Shown: positions 9,531 to 20,506 of the stretch, in pieces
How the letters are laid out: each line of letters opens with the position of its first letter
Numbering within the stretch: the stretch's first letter is position 1
NCBI GenBank assembly: GCA_938038785.1
Contig: CALHTB010000054.1
Span: 465-64,464, forward strand
Length of the DNA: 64,000 bases
Direction: 5' to 3'
Source: an uncultured Acidimicrobiales bacterium
GTDB lineage: Bacteria; Actinomycetota; Acidimicrobiia; Acidimicrobiales; SHLQ01
Made by a program: the position numbers and the translations under genes
Notes under the pieces: model-generated
Seen by the model: only the letters and a program-made list of their open reading frames with translations
Told to the model about the DNA's origin: nothing
Databases searched by the model: none

Positions 9531-12392
9531 TTAGACGCAGTTGGTGTTGGTAACGGTTGCGCCCTGACGGGAGCGGATCACGTACGTGTCGCCAGCTTGG
9601 GCGGACGTGTCGTCATAGGTCAGTGCTCCGGTGTTCGAGAGCCAGCCACCGTTGCGACGCACAATGTAAGTATCTTCGCCGGGAATCTCGTCCCAGACCA
9701 ACGAGATGCTGCCGTCAGCGTTCACGGTAGCAGTGCACGTTTGCCCGGCCGGAGGTGGCGGTGGTGGGGTAGTGATGTCGATTGGTGCGCCACAGCTGGT
9801 GTTGGTGGTGACGCCGCCCATCTTCGAACGAATGATGTATTCCCACGTGCCTTCGCCCGGCGTGTCGTTGTAGGAGAACGAGTTGCCCGCGAAGGTGAGG
9901 AAGCTGCCGTTGCGTCGAACGCTGTAGCCGTTCTCGCCAACGATTGGGTCCCAAGCCAACGAGATGCTGCCGTCAGCGTTCACGGTAGCGGTGCATGTTT
10001 GCCCGGCCGGAGGTGGCGGAGGTGGTGGGGCATCGATAGTGATCGTTGGCGAACACGCCATGTCGAACCGGCCGCCGCCGTTCAGTGGGGCTCGAACCTC
10101 GTAGGTGTAGGTGCCTTCGCCCGGGGTATCGATGTAGTTCGTCGTGCCGATTCCGTTAAGGGTCGTCAGCCAGCTGCCGTTGCGACGAATGGTGTACGAG
10201 CGGGCATTTTGCACGTCCTCCCAGTCCACTGTGATGGTGCCGTCTGCGTTGAGGGTGGCCACGCATTCTGGCGGCGTGAGGTCTTGGGTGATCGCAATGC
10301 TCCAGCCAATCGCTGAACGAGTCGACAGGTTGCCGATAGCTACCCGAGCTGGGCTAACGCCCGGCGTCGGTGCAGCAGCCAGCGACATTGCCGAGTTGAT
10401 GTGGGCGCCGCCCAAGCCAACCCGCTGAGAGACGGTGGGCTCGTTACCCGGAGGGGTTATCTGGCCGAGGTTGCCCGAGCGGTTCGCCCAGAAGTGCGCC
10501 ACCGTTGCCGGTGCTGTCGTGGTAACCGCAGGTGCGGTGTGTTGGGCCCACAACGAGGTTTCATCGGTCGACGCAATGGCCTGAACCGGGTTTGCTAGGT
10601 CGACGTTCCGGAACACCGCCATGGTGACGTCGCCTTTGAGGAACTGCACGCCGTTTGTCGTGAAGACCCACTCGGTGAGGTCGGCGGCGACAAGTGGCTT
10701 TGTGAACGCTTCAGAGATCAACGACCCCGAAACCACAGAGCCGAGCGACGTCCAACCTGTCGGGGCGGTGATCGTTACGTTCGGGTCGGCAATCGACACG
10801 ATGGCGACCGCAAAATCACCCTCCCGCATCAGTGCAGTCGGCGTGACCGGTAGGTCGTCTTGACCGTTGTACGACGTGACGCCAACAATTTCTGCCGGTA
10901 GAGAGTTGTTGGTGTTAACAATGACCGGGTTCTGAGTCCGAGCGGTTACGCCACCGTTGTCGGTCACGGTCAGCGAAACCGTGGTGGCTCCGGTGAGTGA
11001 AACAGTTGTCGTCGGGCCGGTAGCGGTTTGCCCGTCGCCAAAGTCCCAGGCGTAGCTCACGATTGAACCGTCAGGATCCACCGAGTTTTGCGCTCCGAAC
11101 GAGCAGGTCGTCGCCACGCAGTTGTAGGTGAACTCCGGAATCGGGCTCTTGTTGCCCACTTCCGGGCCGTCAAAGATGGCGAAGTGCGGCTGCACAACGC
11201 CCCCGATGGTGGTGAAGTCGCCGCCAACAGCCAGCCCGCTCGGGCCAGTGCTCAACGCCCACACACCCCAGATGCTGTTCGCTCCTGGGTTCCACGCGTC
11301 GAGCGCGCCAGTGGTCGGGTCGAACGCCGCAAGTTTGTTGCGGCGTACAGCGTTCGGGTTGTCGTCGTCTTCGAGGAACGGCCCGGCGTTGTCGATGTAA
11401 ACATATTCGCCGTGGGTGCCGATGTACACGAGCTCGTCGGTCGCAACGACCGCTTGGAAGTCGCCCGAGTTCACCCGACGCCAAAGCAGCTCTCCGGTGG
11501 TGGTGTCCCACGCGGTGAGCGAGTTTCCGCCAGCTCCAAGCGAACCTGCGCCCGCTGCATACAAGATCGACCCGTCGGGTTTGATGCTCGTGTCGTACAC
11601 CTTGAAGTTCGAGACAGGCGCCCACGCATCGGCAACGCCGCTCATGGCGTCGAACGACGCAATTCGAAGGTGCTCAACCGCGTCGATGGTGGTGAAGTTG
11701 CCGCCCGCATACAGGCGTGAACCAACAAGTTCGAGGTCGAGAACATTTCCGTCGAGCACCGGGTCAAAGGCGGTATCGACAGTTCCGGCGCTGTCCATCT
11801 TGGCAATATGGAGCTGGTCAACTCCGCCAATGTTGGTGAACACGCCGCCAACCCACACCGTTGTGCCATCGGTGACGATGGCCTCGACAACAGCGTTCGG
11901 GTCCGGATCGAAGGTGTTGTCGACAGCTCCGGTAACCGGGTCGAGCTTCGCGAGACGGCTTGGGTAGCTGCTGTTGATCTTGAAGAACTTGCCGCCGACG
12001 TACACCGCCGAGCCATCAGGGGCGACCGCAATTGAGTGAACGGGGCCGTTCACCTGTGGGCGCCACGTTTGGTCGAGGCGGCCGGTCGCTACGTCGATCG
12101 CCGCCAGATATGGCTGGCTCTCTCCAGCAACGGTTTGGAAGTCGCCGCCGATGTAGAAACGGCCGTTGGCTTCAACAATTGCGTACACGGGAGAGGAGGG
12201 TGAGTCCGGATCCGAGTCAGCATCGATGCCCGCTGTTGTACGTGGCGCGGTGCTCGCAACCGCAGCCTCGGCAATGCTGGGGCCGGCGACGAAGAGCAAA
12301 ACCGACGCAAACGCAAGAGCGCCTGAAGCTAATAGGTGTCGCCACTGGAGTGTCGTGTTCAAGGGGAACCAGTTCCTAATCTGCGCATCCAA
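9531..12392 (-). CDS. Secreted beta-propeller / PKD protein with FN3-like C-terminal repeats and poly-Pro linkers
   Basis: Propeller repeats as in the paralogs, PKD motif (DPDGSIVSYAWDFGDG), and three CxATxNADGxIxxxW...YxxRRNG modules. Start uncertain. Confidence 0.87.
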   Translation of the reverse strand: MDAQIRNWFPLNTTLQWRHLLASGALAFASVLLFVAGPSIAEAAVASTAPRTTAGIDADSDPDSPSSPVYAIVEANGRFYIGGDFQTVAGESQPYLAAIDVATGRLDQTWRPQVNGPVHSIAVAPDGSAVYVGGKFFKINSSYPSRLAKLDPVTGAVDNTFDPDPNAVVEAIVTDGTTVWVGGVFTNIGGVDQLHIAKMDSAGTVDTAFDPVLDGNVLDLELVGSRLYAGGNFTTIDAVEHLRIASFDAMSGVADAWAPVSNFKVYDTSIKPDGSILYAAGAGSLGAGGNSLTAWDTTTGELLWRRVNSGDFQAVVATDELVYIGTHGEYVYIDNAGPFLEDDDNPNAVRRNKLAAFDPTTGALDAWNPGANSIWGVWALSTGPSGLAVGGDFTTIGGVVQPHFAIFDGPEVGNKSPIPEFTYNCVATTCSFGAQNSVDPDGSIVSYAWDFGDGQTATGPTTTVSLTGATTVSLTVTDNGGVTARTQNPVIVNTNNSLPAEIVGVTSYNGQDDLPVTPTALMREGDFAVAIVSIADPNVTITAPTGWTSLGSVVSGSLISEAFTKPLVAADLTEWVFTTNGVQFLKGDVTMAVFRNVDLANPVQAIASTDETSLWAQHTAPAVTTTAPATVAHFWANRSGNLGQITPPGNEPTVSQRVGLGGAHINSAMSLAAAPTPGVSPARVAIGNLSTRSAIGWSIAITQDLTPPECVATLNADGTITVDWEDVQNARSYTIRRNGSWLTTLNGIGTTNYIDTPGEGTYTYEVRAPLNGGGRFDMACSPTITIDAPPPPPPPAGQTCTATVNADGSISLAWDPIVGENGYSVRRNGSFLTFAGNSFSYNDTPGEGTWEYIIRSKMGGVTTNTSCGAPIDITTPPPPPPAGQTCTATVNADGSISLVWDEIPGEDTYIVRRNGGWLSNTGALTYDDTSAQAGDTYVIRSRQGATVTNTNCV

Positions 12393-12575
12393 TGGAAATT
12401 GGTATGCTGTTGCCGCCGTTTAAGACGTTACTAAACAGTAGAACCTTGCAGAGGGTCGTGCCGTGAGCTATCAATCCCACGTTGCGTCCGTTTTGTAGTC
12501 CAATTCGCCCAGGCGTACACTCGGTATCGTGACGTAGCGTTACGAAACAGCCGCTCTAAGTGGCGAAATTATGGA

Positions 12576-13277
12576 ATGTGTGGAGTAGGGCAGTCGGTGA
12601 GTGAAACCAGCGCGTCAACGGATCAAGTTTCGATCACGTACTCTGACGATCTTCGGATCGTCCGTGATCGAACGATCTACGAGCGACGTATCAAGCGACC
12701 CCTCGACGTCGTCCTCGGCGGCCTCGCCCTCCTGGGCGCGCTGCCAGTCATGGCGGTCATTGCCGTTGCGGTGCGCGCTGGCCTTGGCAAGGGCGTCCTG
12801 TACAGCCAGCAACGCATCGGCGTTGAAGGTGCGCCCTTCACGATCTACAAGTTCCGCACGATGCGCCCTGATCGACGCCAACGCGAGCTCGAGTTCCCCG
12901 ACGACGAGGATCGCCGCGGCGAACACAAAGACGACGACGACCCTCGCCACACCGGCCTCGGTCGGCTGCTGCGCAGGCTGAGCCTCGACGAGCTTCCGCA
13001 GCTGCTCAACGTCATGCGCGGCGAGATGAGCCTGGTTGGGCCTCGCCCCGAAATGATCGATGTGGCCCGCCAACGCGGTTACCTCCACCATCCTCGGCAC
13101 GAAGTAAAGCCAGGCATGACCGGCCCATATCAGACGTCAGATCTGCGCCTGAACGGCGACTTGCGCGACGGCCTTCACCTCGACGAGGAGTACGTCAACA
13201 ATCTGACGTTCCGCAACGACATGCGTTATCTCTTGCGCACGTTCACGGTCTTCTTCGGCGACAAGACTGGCTCCTAG
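12576..13277 (+). CDS. Bacterial sugar transferase (priming phosphoglycosyl transferase, WcaJ/WbaP C-terminal type); start may be 12597
   Basis: KRPLD, KFRTM, SLDELPQLLNVMRGEMSLVGPRPE, KPGMTG motifs. Confidence 0.92.
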   Translation: MCGVGQSVSETSASTDQVSITYSDDLRIVRDRTIYERRIKRPLDVVLGGLALLGALPVMAVIAVAVRAGLGKGVLYSQQRIGVEGAPFTIYKFRTMRPDRRQRELEFPDDEDRRGEHKDDDDPRHTGLGRLLRRLSLDELPQLLNVMRGEMSLVGPRPEMIDVARQRGYLHHPRHEVKPGMTGPYQTSDLRLNGDLRDGLHLDEEYVNNLTFRNDMRYLLRTFTVFFGDKTGS

Positions 13278-13358
13278 CAGCAGTTCCACCAACCAAAGAT
13301 TTTGTAAGGAACTCGCGCGCTGTGGCCGCTTCGCCGCGCCGTAGGCCATCATGGATGT

Positions 13359-13733
13359 ATGCCGATGCGCCAGGACTGCAAGTACTTCGAAAGCCGCACC
13401 TACCCCACCGGAGACACCGTCCGTAAGTGCGATCTCGACCTCGCGCCCGAAGCTCCGTGGCGATGTCCAGACGACTGCCCGAAGTACGAACGACGTATGG
13501 CCGACGTCGCGTGGAACCACGGCTCGCTCGTGACGCCCGCAACGCCAGCCGAACCCGATGGCCTTGGCGAGGACGACAGCATCGCCGCACTCCTCGACGC
13601 CGCGGAGGACATCGTCAACGCTGCTGGCCCGGGCATCAAGGCCGAGGTTGACGAAGAACGGTGGCAGGCCCAACAAAGCGCCAACAAGAGTGGCCTTCGA
13701 CGCTTTTTCGACCGTCGCAAGAAACGTGACTAA
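13359..13733 (+). CDS. Hypothetical four-cysteine protein upstream of sufD
   Basis: C-x16-C-x11-C-x3-C motif, typical codon usage, co-oriented with sufD. Confidence 0.75.
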   Translation: MPMRQDCKYFESRTYPTGDTVRKCDLDLAPEAPWRCPDDCPKYERRMADVAWNHGSLVTPATPAEPDGLGEDDSIAALLDAAEDIVNAAGPGIKAEVDEERWQAQQSANKSGLRRFFDRRKKRD

Positions 13734-13787
13734 CGGCGTCCATCCGACACGGCTTAGAAACCAGTACTGACGATAGTCTTGGCACTT

Positions 13788-15032
13788 ATGCCAGAAGCAC
13801 AAACGCTCGCCCCGTGGCTCGAATCTGCGCGCTCAACAGCTGCTGCTGACCTCGCCAACGCCGAGGTCCCAACCGGTCGTGAAGAGGTGTGGCGCTACAC
13901 CCGTATCGCCGATATCGACCTCGCCGACTACGCCGTTCCCGACGCAGATGCCGGAACCTCGGTCGACCCAATTCCCCTTCCGGGTGCCGCGGCCGCGGTC
14001 GTCGTCCGCAACGGACGCATTGCCTCCATCGACCGCACCGATGCCCTCGGCAAGGCCACGGTTTCTACCGTTTCCGAACACGAGGGCGGGCAAGCTCTCC
14101 TCAACTCAGTCCGGGGTGAAGCCGCCGACGTCGTGGGCCATCTCCACGACGCCCACGCTGGCGACATCATTGTCATCGACGTTCCCCGCGGGCACCACGT
14201 TGAAGCGCCAATCCACATCGACGTCTATTCCGATGTCGATGGGGGGCTTACCTGCCCACACACCATTGTCCGGGCAGCCAACGGCGCGTCGGTCACGGTG
14301 TTCGAACGTCGCCGGTCGGGTGAAGCGAACCAGTTGGTCGTGCCAGTGGTCGAGCTCGATGCTGCCGCAGACGCAAGGGTCAACTACCTCGTCGCCCAAC
14401 AACTCGGTCTCAACACGATTTCGCTCGAACATCAAGCCGCAACGGTTGGTCAACAGGCCCACGCCGTGTGTTCAACTGCGGCGTTCGGCGGTTCCTACGC
14501 TCGGGTCCAAGCCGAAATGTCGCTCAACGGGCGAGGGTCCAGTGGCGACCTGCTGTCGGCCTACTTTGGCGATGGGGAGCAAATGCTCGACTTCCGCACG
14601 TTCCAGCACCACAACGCCCCCGACACCACCTCGAACCTGCTGTTCAAGGGGGCGGTCACCGGCGAAGCCCAATCGGTCTACAGCGGCCTCATCAAGGTCG
14701 CCGAAACCGCACCGGGTACCAACGCCTTCCAAACCAACCGGAACCTCAAGCTGTCCGAAGGGGCATGGGCCTACTCGGTTCCCAACCTCGAGATCGAACA
14801 GAACCAGGTGTCGTGCAGTCACGCCTCCACGGTTGGCGAGATCGACGAAGACCAGCGCTACTACCTCGAAAGCAGGGGAGTGCCCACGACGGCTGCCGAG
14901 CAGCTCCTCGTATCGGGCTTCTTTGCCGAGGTCATCGGCCAGTTCCCCGTCGACGCCGTTAAGGCCGAGCTCCAGGCGTACATCGACGACGCCCTTGCCG
15001 CTGACCGCGCAGCTCAGGAGGCTGCAGCATGA
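13788..15032 (+). CDS. sufD: Fe-S cluster assembly protein SufD
   Basis: EEVWRYT, SNLLFKG, PNLEIEQNQVSCSHASTVG, YYLESRG motifs. Confidence 0.93.
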   Translation: MPEAQTLAPWLESARSTAAADLANAEVPTGREEVWRYTRIADIDLADYAVPDADAGTSVDPIPLPGAAAAVVVRNGRIASIDRTDALGKATVSTVSEHEGGQALLNSVRGEAADVVGHLHDAHAGDIIVIDVPRGHHVEAPIHIDVYSDVDGGLTCPHTIVRAANGASVTVFERRRSGEANQLVVPVVELDAAADARVNYLVAQQLGLNTISLEHQAATVGQQAHAVCSTAAFGGSYARVQAEMSLNGRGSSGDLLSAYFGDGEQMLDFRTFQHHNAPDTTSNLLFKGAVTGEAQSVYSGLIKVAETAPGTNAFQTNRNLKLSEGAWAYSVPNLEIEQNQVSCSHASTVGEIDEDQRYYLESRGVPTTAAEQLLVSGFFAEVIGQFPVDAVKAELQAYIDDALAADRAAQEAAA

Positions 15033-15373
15033 GCGAAACGAACGAAACAAAAACGGTCAAGCTTTGCGAAGTTGACTCGCTTGAATCTGGAAACATCACC
15101 ACTGCAGACATCGACGGCCGAACTATTGCCTACGCCCGCATCGACGACCAGTGGTTCGCCATCGACGACACCTGCAGCCACGCCAAAGTGTCGCTCAGCG
15201 AGGGCTACCTCGAAGTCGACGACCTGCTCATCGAGTGCCCGTTGCACGGTGCGTCGTTCTCCCTCGAGACCGGCGAAGCGCTCACCCTCCCAGCCACCAA
15301 GCCCGTTGCAAGCCATGCCGTCGAGGTCAAAGACGGCGAAGTATTCGTCACCATCGAAGGAGACGACTCGTGA
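15029..15373 (+). CDS. Rieske-type [2Fe-2S] ferredoxin
   Basis: CSH...CPLH motifs; overlaps the sufD stop (ATGA). Confidence 0.93.
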   Translation: MSETNETKTVKLCEVDSLESGNITTADIDGRTIAYARIDDQWFAIDDTCSHAKVSLSEGYLEVDDLLIECPLHGASFSLETGEALTLPATKPVASHAVEVKDGEVFVTIEGDDS

Positions 15374-16185
15374 GCGAACTCGTCATTGCCGACCTGCACG
15401 CCACCGTTGGCGACAAAGCGATTCTCAACGGCGTGTCCCTCACCATTCGAAGTGGAGAAGTCCACGCGGTTATGGGCCCCAACGGCTCGGGCAAGTCGAC
15501 GCTGAGCCATGTCATCACCGGCAAGCCCGGCTACACCGTGACCGGTGGTTCGGTCACCCTCGACGGCGTCGAGCTGCTCGAGCTCGCTGCCTGGGAGCGG
15601 GCCAAGGCTGGGCTGTTCTTGGCCATGCAGTACCCCACCGAAGTCCCCGGCGTGTCACTCGAAGCCATGCTCACCGCATCAGCGGTTGCCGCAGGTCGAG
15701 ATGCCGATGTCATCAAGGCCAGCATCGCTGCTGAATCCGAGCGCATTGGCTTCGCAACCGAGCTCATCACCCGGCCGCTTAACGTCGACCTGTCAGGCGG
15801 CGAGAAGAAGCGCAACGAAACCGTGCAGCTAGGTGTTCTCGACCCTAAGTTCGCCATCCTCGACGAGATCGACTCGGGTCTCGATGTTGACGCCATGAAG
15901 GCCGTGACCCGGCGGGTCGAGGAAGCGACCAACCGCGACAACCCTCTCGGCGTCCTGGCGATCACCCACTACAAGCGGCTGTTCGAAGAACTCGAGCCCG
16001 ACCACGTGCACGTCTTTGCAGCCGGCGTCATTCAAAAGTCAGGCGGGCGCGAACTCGCCGACGAACTCGAAGAGACCGGTTACGCCGAATGGGCACACCT
16101 CGTTGACAACAGTGGGCCCACTGCCTTCGACAACCCCTTTGGCGATACCACCTTCGCCGACGGGCTCAACCTGCACGAGGGGTAA
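15370..16185 (+). CDS. sufC: Fe-S cluster assembly ATPase SufC (copy 1)
   Basis: GTG start overlaps the ferredoxin stop. GPNGSGKST, QYP, LSGGEKKRNE, ILDEIDSGLD, ITHY motifs. Confidence 0.94.
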   Translation: MSELVIADLHATVGDKAILNGVSLTIRSGEVHAVMGPNGSGKSTLSHVITGKPGYTVTGGSVTLDGVELLELAAWERAKAGLFLAMQYPTEVPGVSLEAMLTASAVAAGRDADVIKASIAAESERIGFATELITRPLNVDLSGGEKKRNETVQLGVLDPKFAILDEIDSGLDVDAMKAVTRRVEEATNRDNPLGVLAITHYKRLFEELEPDHVHVFAAGVIQKSGGRELADELEETGYAEWAHLVDNSGPTAFDNPFGDTTFADGLNLHEG

Positions 16186-16194
16186 CCCAGTTAT

Positions 16195-16225
16195 CTGACA
16201 TCCAGGGTCAGACCCCAGATGTCAG
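16195..16225. repeat. REP-like imperfect palindrome with GGGTCAGACCC core between convergent genes
   Basis: ctgacatc-ca-gggtc-a-gaccc-ca-gatgtcag. Confidence 0.6.
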
Positions 16226-17677
16226 TTAGCGCTCGGCTGATGCTCCGAGCACAGCTGTCTGCTGCTCGGATGGCTGGCCGACCTTGCGGCCAACACACGT
16301 AGGTCGCCGTTCACCCGACACGACGAGAACTCCGTAGTCGGTGATCACCGGAGCCTGGGCGATTCCATCGTCATAGGTGGCAACCCACGAGTCGGTGTTC
16401 CCGGTGGCCATCGAAACGGTGCCGCGGTGGCCGCTAAGGCTGCCGGACGAGTCGAACAGGGCAACATCGGAATCAGAGACCACCTCGGCCCGGTTGAAGA
16501 ACGTTCCGGAAGTAACACTCCAGATCGCGTCACCCGTCACCGAATTGATCAAGCGAACTCGCTGAAGTCCGGTGGCAGTCGGGTGTGGATCGACGGCAAC
16601 AATCCGGTTTGGCGCTGTGCCCACAACGCTTTCGAACGCCTGAGCAGCGGCAGGAATTCGCCACAGTTCTTGGCCGGTTCGCCCGTCGAGCGCCAGCAAC
16701 ACAAAGCGCAGCTCGGGGGTTGGTTCATCGGCCGCGGTCGAAGAGATTAGCTGACCGTTGCCTTCGACCCACAGTGGGTCACCCGTTGAGGTCGCTCGCC
16801 AGAGCTCGGCGCCGCTGGCCCGGTCGAGCGCTGCGACGCCGCCACCTGGGGCAATGCTTGGTGCGAGCTCGTAGGCGACAGTTGATTCGGTTACCCAAAG
16901 CTCGCCCGCACCCAAACGGGTCACGTCGAGGTCCATAATCCGGCGCTTCGAGGAAAGGTCGACAGCGACCAGCCGCGTTCCGGCGGCCACCGCAAGAGTC
17001 TGATCGTCAGCGGCGAGAGTGTCAGCTCGCTCGATTGGAAGCTCCCACAGTTCTTTGCCGGTGGCGAAGTCGATTGCGTGAGCGCCGACGCTGTCGAGGG
17101 TGTAGGCCGTGTCATTGCCGAGCACGACCTCGCTGAAGTCGAACTGCGAGCTGTGGATCCATATGTCAGCGCCAGTTGAGGTGTCGATTGCACGCACGTC
17201 GTCAGAGGTGACGACGATCAGCGTCGAGCTAAACAGCTTCATCTGCTCGACCTCGGTCCCGAGGAATCGCTGCCAAAGCGGCGCCTGCGATTCGAGGTCG
17301 ATTGCAGCAATACCTGGGTGCTGTCCGCGGTCCCATCGGAACGAGAAGAAGACTTCAGATCCGTCGACGACCGACTCGTCGCCCGGACGCGGGATGGGGA
17401 ACGACCAGGTTTCTTCACCAGTGGCAGGGTTTCGCAGCGACATCAGCGACGCATCGCCGGCAACGCACGGGCCGTCGGGTCGTGCGCCTTGGACGAAGCT
17501 TGCGTCAGCGAGCGCGTCGGGGAACGTCACCGGTGTCGGCACCGCGATCGACGGGGTCGACGACGAGTCAGGTGCCGCGGCTCGCGGAGAATTTGGAGAT
17601 GCTTCTGTCGCAGTGCAGGCAGCGACGAGCAGGGCGAACGTCGCCCCCCACGCTGCCGTACGGCAACGTTTGCCCAT
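16226..17677 (-). CDS. PQQ-like beta-propeller repeat lipoprotein (BamB-like)
   Basis: Lipobox LVAAC after a hydrophobic stretch and repeated AxDxxTGxxxW motifs. Start moved to MGKRC because the longer ORF overlaps gmd. Confidence 0.85.
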   Translation of the reverse strand: MGKRCRTAAWGATFALLVAACTATEASPNSPRAAAPDSSSTPSIAVPTPVTFPDALADASFVQGARPDGPCVAGDASLMSLRNPATGEETWSFPIPRPGDESVVDGSEVFFSFRWDRGQHPGIAAIDLESQAPLWQRFLGTEVEQMKLFSSTLIVVTSDDVRAIDTSTGADIWIHSSQFDFSEVVLGNDTAYTLDSVGAHAIDFATGKELWELPIERADTLAADDQTLAVAAGTRLVAVDLSSKRRIMDLDVTRLGAGELWVTESTVAYELAPSIAPGGGVAALDRASGAELWRATSTGDPLWVEGNGQLISSTAADEPTPELRFVLLALDGRTGQELWRIPAAAQAFESVVGTAPNRIVAVDPHPTATGLQRVRLINSVTGDAIWSVTSGTFFNRAEVVSDSDVALFDSSGSLSGHRGTVSMATGNTDSWVATYDDGIAQAPVITDYGVLVVSGERRPTCVGRKVGQPSEQQTAVLGASAER

Positions 17678-17725
17678 AAGTCCATCAGCATAGATCTCCA
17701 CAGCTCTGAAAAGTGGGAGGGGTAG

Positions 17726-18691
<966 letters not shown>

Positions 18692-18715
18692 ACCTGATCC
18701 CGAAAGAGCCAACGA

Positions 18716-19258
18716 CTATGCCTTGGCTTGGTCTAGAGCTTCTAGCAGGGTGTTCCACGAGAGCACTGCGCACTTAATGCGAACGGGGAACTTCACCACG
18801 CCTCGCAATGCGGACAGATCGCCCATCGACAGGTCGGGCTTTTCGGCTGCACCGGCCATCGCGCTCGCGTCGTTAGCGCCGGCCGCGGCCTTGGCTGCTG
18901 CGATCGCGTCGGCGTCAGCAGCATCTTCAGCCGAGTCGGTATCGCTGCTATCGACGTCAATGCCCATCATGGCTTTGAACTTGTCGGTGAGCTCGCGAGC
19001 CTCATCGACCGACTTGCCCTTGACCGCTGACGACATCATCGACGCAGACGACTGACTGATCGAACATCCCTGGCCACCTGTGGCGATGTCGGTGATCGTT
19101 CCGTTGTCGTCGATGTCGACGTAAAGGACGATTTCGTCGCCGCACAACGGGTTGAACCCTTCGGCTTTGCACGCCGGAGGCGCGAGTTCGCCACGATTTC
19201 GCGGGTTGCGGTAGTGGTCCATGATGATCTCTTTGTAGAGGTCTTGCAGTCCAGCCAT
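18716..19258 (-). CDS. sufU: SUF system NifU-family sulfur-transfer protein SufU
   Basis: LYKEIIMDHY, NPLCGDE, GCSISQSS, RIKCAVLSW motifs. Confidence 0.93.
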   Translation of the reverse strand: MAGLQDLYKEIIMDHYRNPRNRGELAPPACKAEGFNPLCGDEIVLYVDIDDNGTITDIATGGQGCSISQSSASMMSSAVKGKSVDEARELTDKFKAMMGIDVDSSDTDSAEDAADADAIAAAKAAAGANDASAMAGAAEKPDLSMGDLSALRGVVKFPVRIKCAVLSWNTLLEALDQAKA

Positions 19259-19267
19259 GGCGTCCTC

Positions 19268-20506
19268 CTAGATGCCCATACCAAAGATGTCATCGGCGTT
19301 GGCTAGCGCGTCAGCCAGGGCGTCGATGTCGGCTTCGTCATTGTAAATGTGTACCGATGCTCGGGCGGTCGCGTTGACCTCCATGATCTGCATCAGTGGC
19401 TTGGCACAGTGATGCCCTGCCCGGACACACACGTTTTCCTGGTCGAGCACCTGGCTCAGGTCGTGCGGGTGAACGTCCTTGTACGCAATCGACAGGACGC
19501 CACCGCGGCTAGCCGGTTCGGCGGGGCCGTGCACGGTGATGTCATCGCCGAACCGCTCGTTCAGGGTCCGCAGCGCATACGCAGTGAGCGAAACCTCGTG
19601 TTCGCGAACCGCCTCCATGCCGAGTCCTTCGAGGTATTCAACAGCTGCACCGAGGCCGATGATCTCGGCGATGTTTGGCGTTCCGGCTTCGAACTTGTGG
19701 GGCAACACGTTGGTGGTGAAGCCCTCTTTGGTCACCTGCATGATCATGTCGCCGCCACCCAAGAACGGCGGCATTGCGTCGAGCAGTTCGGTCTTGCCCC
19801 ACAACACGCCCACACCGGTTGGGCCCAACATCTTGTGGCCGGTGAAGATCATCGCGTCGACGCCAAGGTCGGCCACGTCGGTCGGCAGGTGCGGCACGTA
19901 CTGGCTTCCGTCGGCCATGACAATGGCGCCCACGGCGTGGGCCGCGTCAGCGATGCGGCGAATGGGGTTGAGCGTGCCGAGCACGTTCGACATTGCAGTA
20001 ACCGACACGAGCTTTGCGCCGTCGAGCAGCACATCGAGTTCGGAGAGGTCGAGCTCGCCCGTTTCGGTGATGGGGATCCATCGGATCTCGATGCCACGCT
20101 CGTTGCGCAGCATTTGCCACGGAACGATGTTGGCGTGGTGCTCCATCTCGGTAATGACAACAACGTCGCCCTCGTCAAGGTTGGCCCGGCCCCAGCTCTG
20201 GGCAAACAGGTTCATTGCCTCGGTGGCGTTCTTGGTGAAGATGATCTCGTGGGCTTTGGGAGCGCCGACAAACCGTGCGACGGCATTGCGCGCATCCTCG
20301 AGCAGGTCGGTTGCTTCAGCGGCGATCTGGTAGGCGCCACGGTTCACGCTGGCGTAGGCGTTGCGGTAGTAGTGGTTCATCGCGTCGATAACCGCGTTGG
20401 GCTTTTGCGATGTGGCAGCCGAGTCGAGATACACGAGCCGCTTGCCATTTATCTGGCGGGCAAGCATCGGGAAATCTGCCTGTATCGCAGCGGTGTCTAG
20501 GGCCAT
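19268..20506 (-). CDS. sufS: Cysteine desulfurase SufS
   Basis: YLDSAATSQKP, MEHHANIVPW, GHKMLGPTG, RAGHHCA motifs. Confidence 0.97.
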   Translation of the reverse strand: MALDTAAIQADFPMLARQINGKRLVYLDSAATSQKPNAVIDAMNHYYRNAYASVNRGAYQIAAEATDLLEDARNAVARFVGAPKAHEIIFTKNATEAMNLFAQSWGRANLDEGDVVVITEMEHHANIVPWQMLRNERGIEIRWIPITETGELDLSELDVLLDGAKLVSVTAMSNVLGTLNPIRRIADAAHAVGAIVMADGSQYVPHLPTDVADLGVDAMIFTGHKMLGPTGVGVLWGKTELLDAMPPFLGGGDMIMQVTKEGFTTNVLPHKFEAGTPNIAEIIGLGAAVEYLEGLGMEAVREHEVSLTAYALRTLNERFGDDITVHGPAEPASRGGVLSIAYKDVHPHDLSQVLDQENVCVRAGHHCAKPLMQIMEVNATARASVHIYNDEADIDALADALANADDIFGMGI

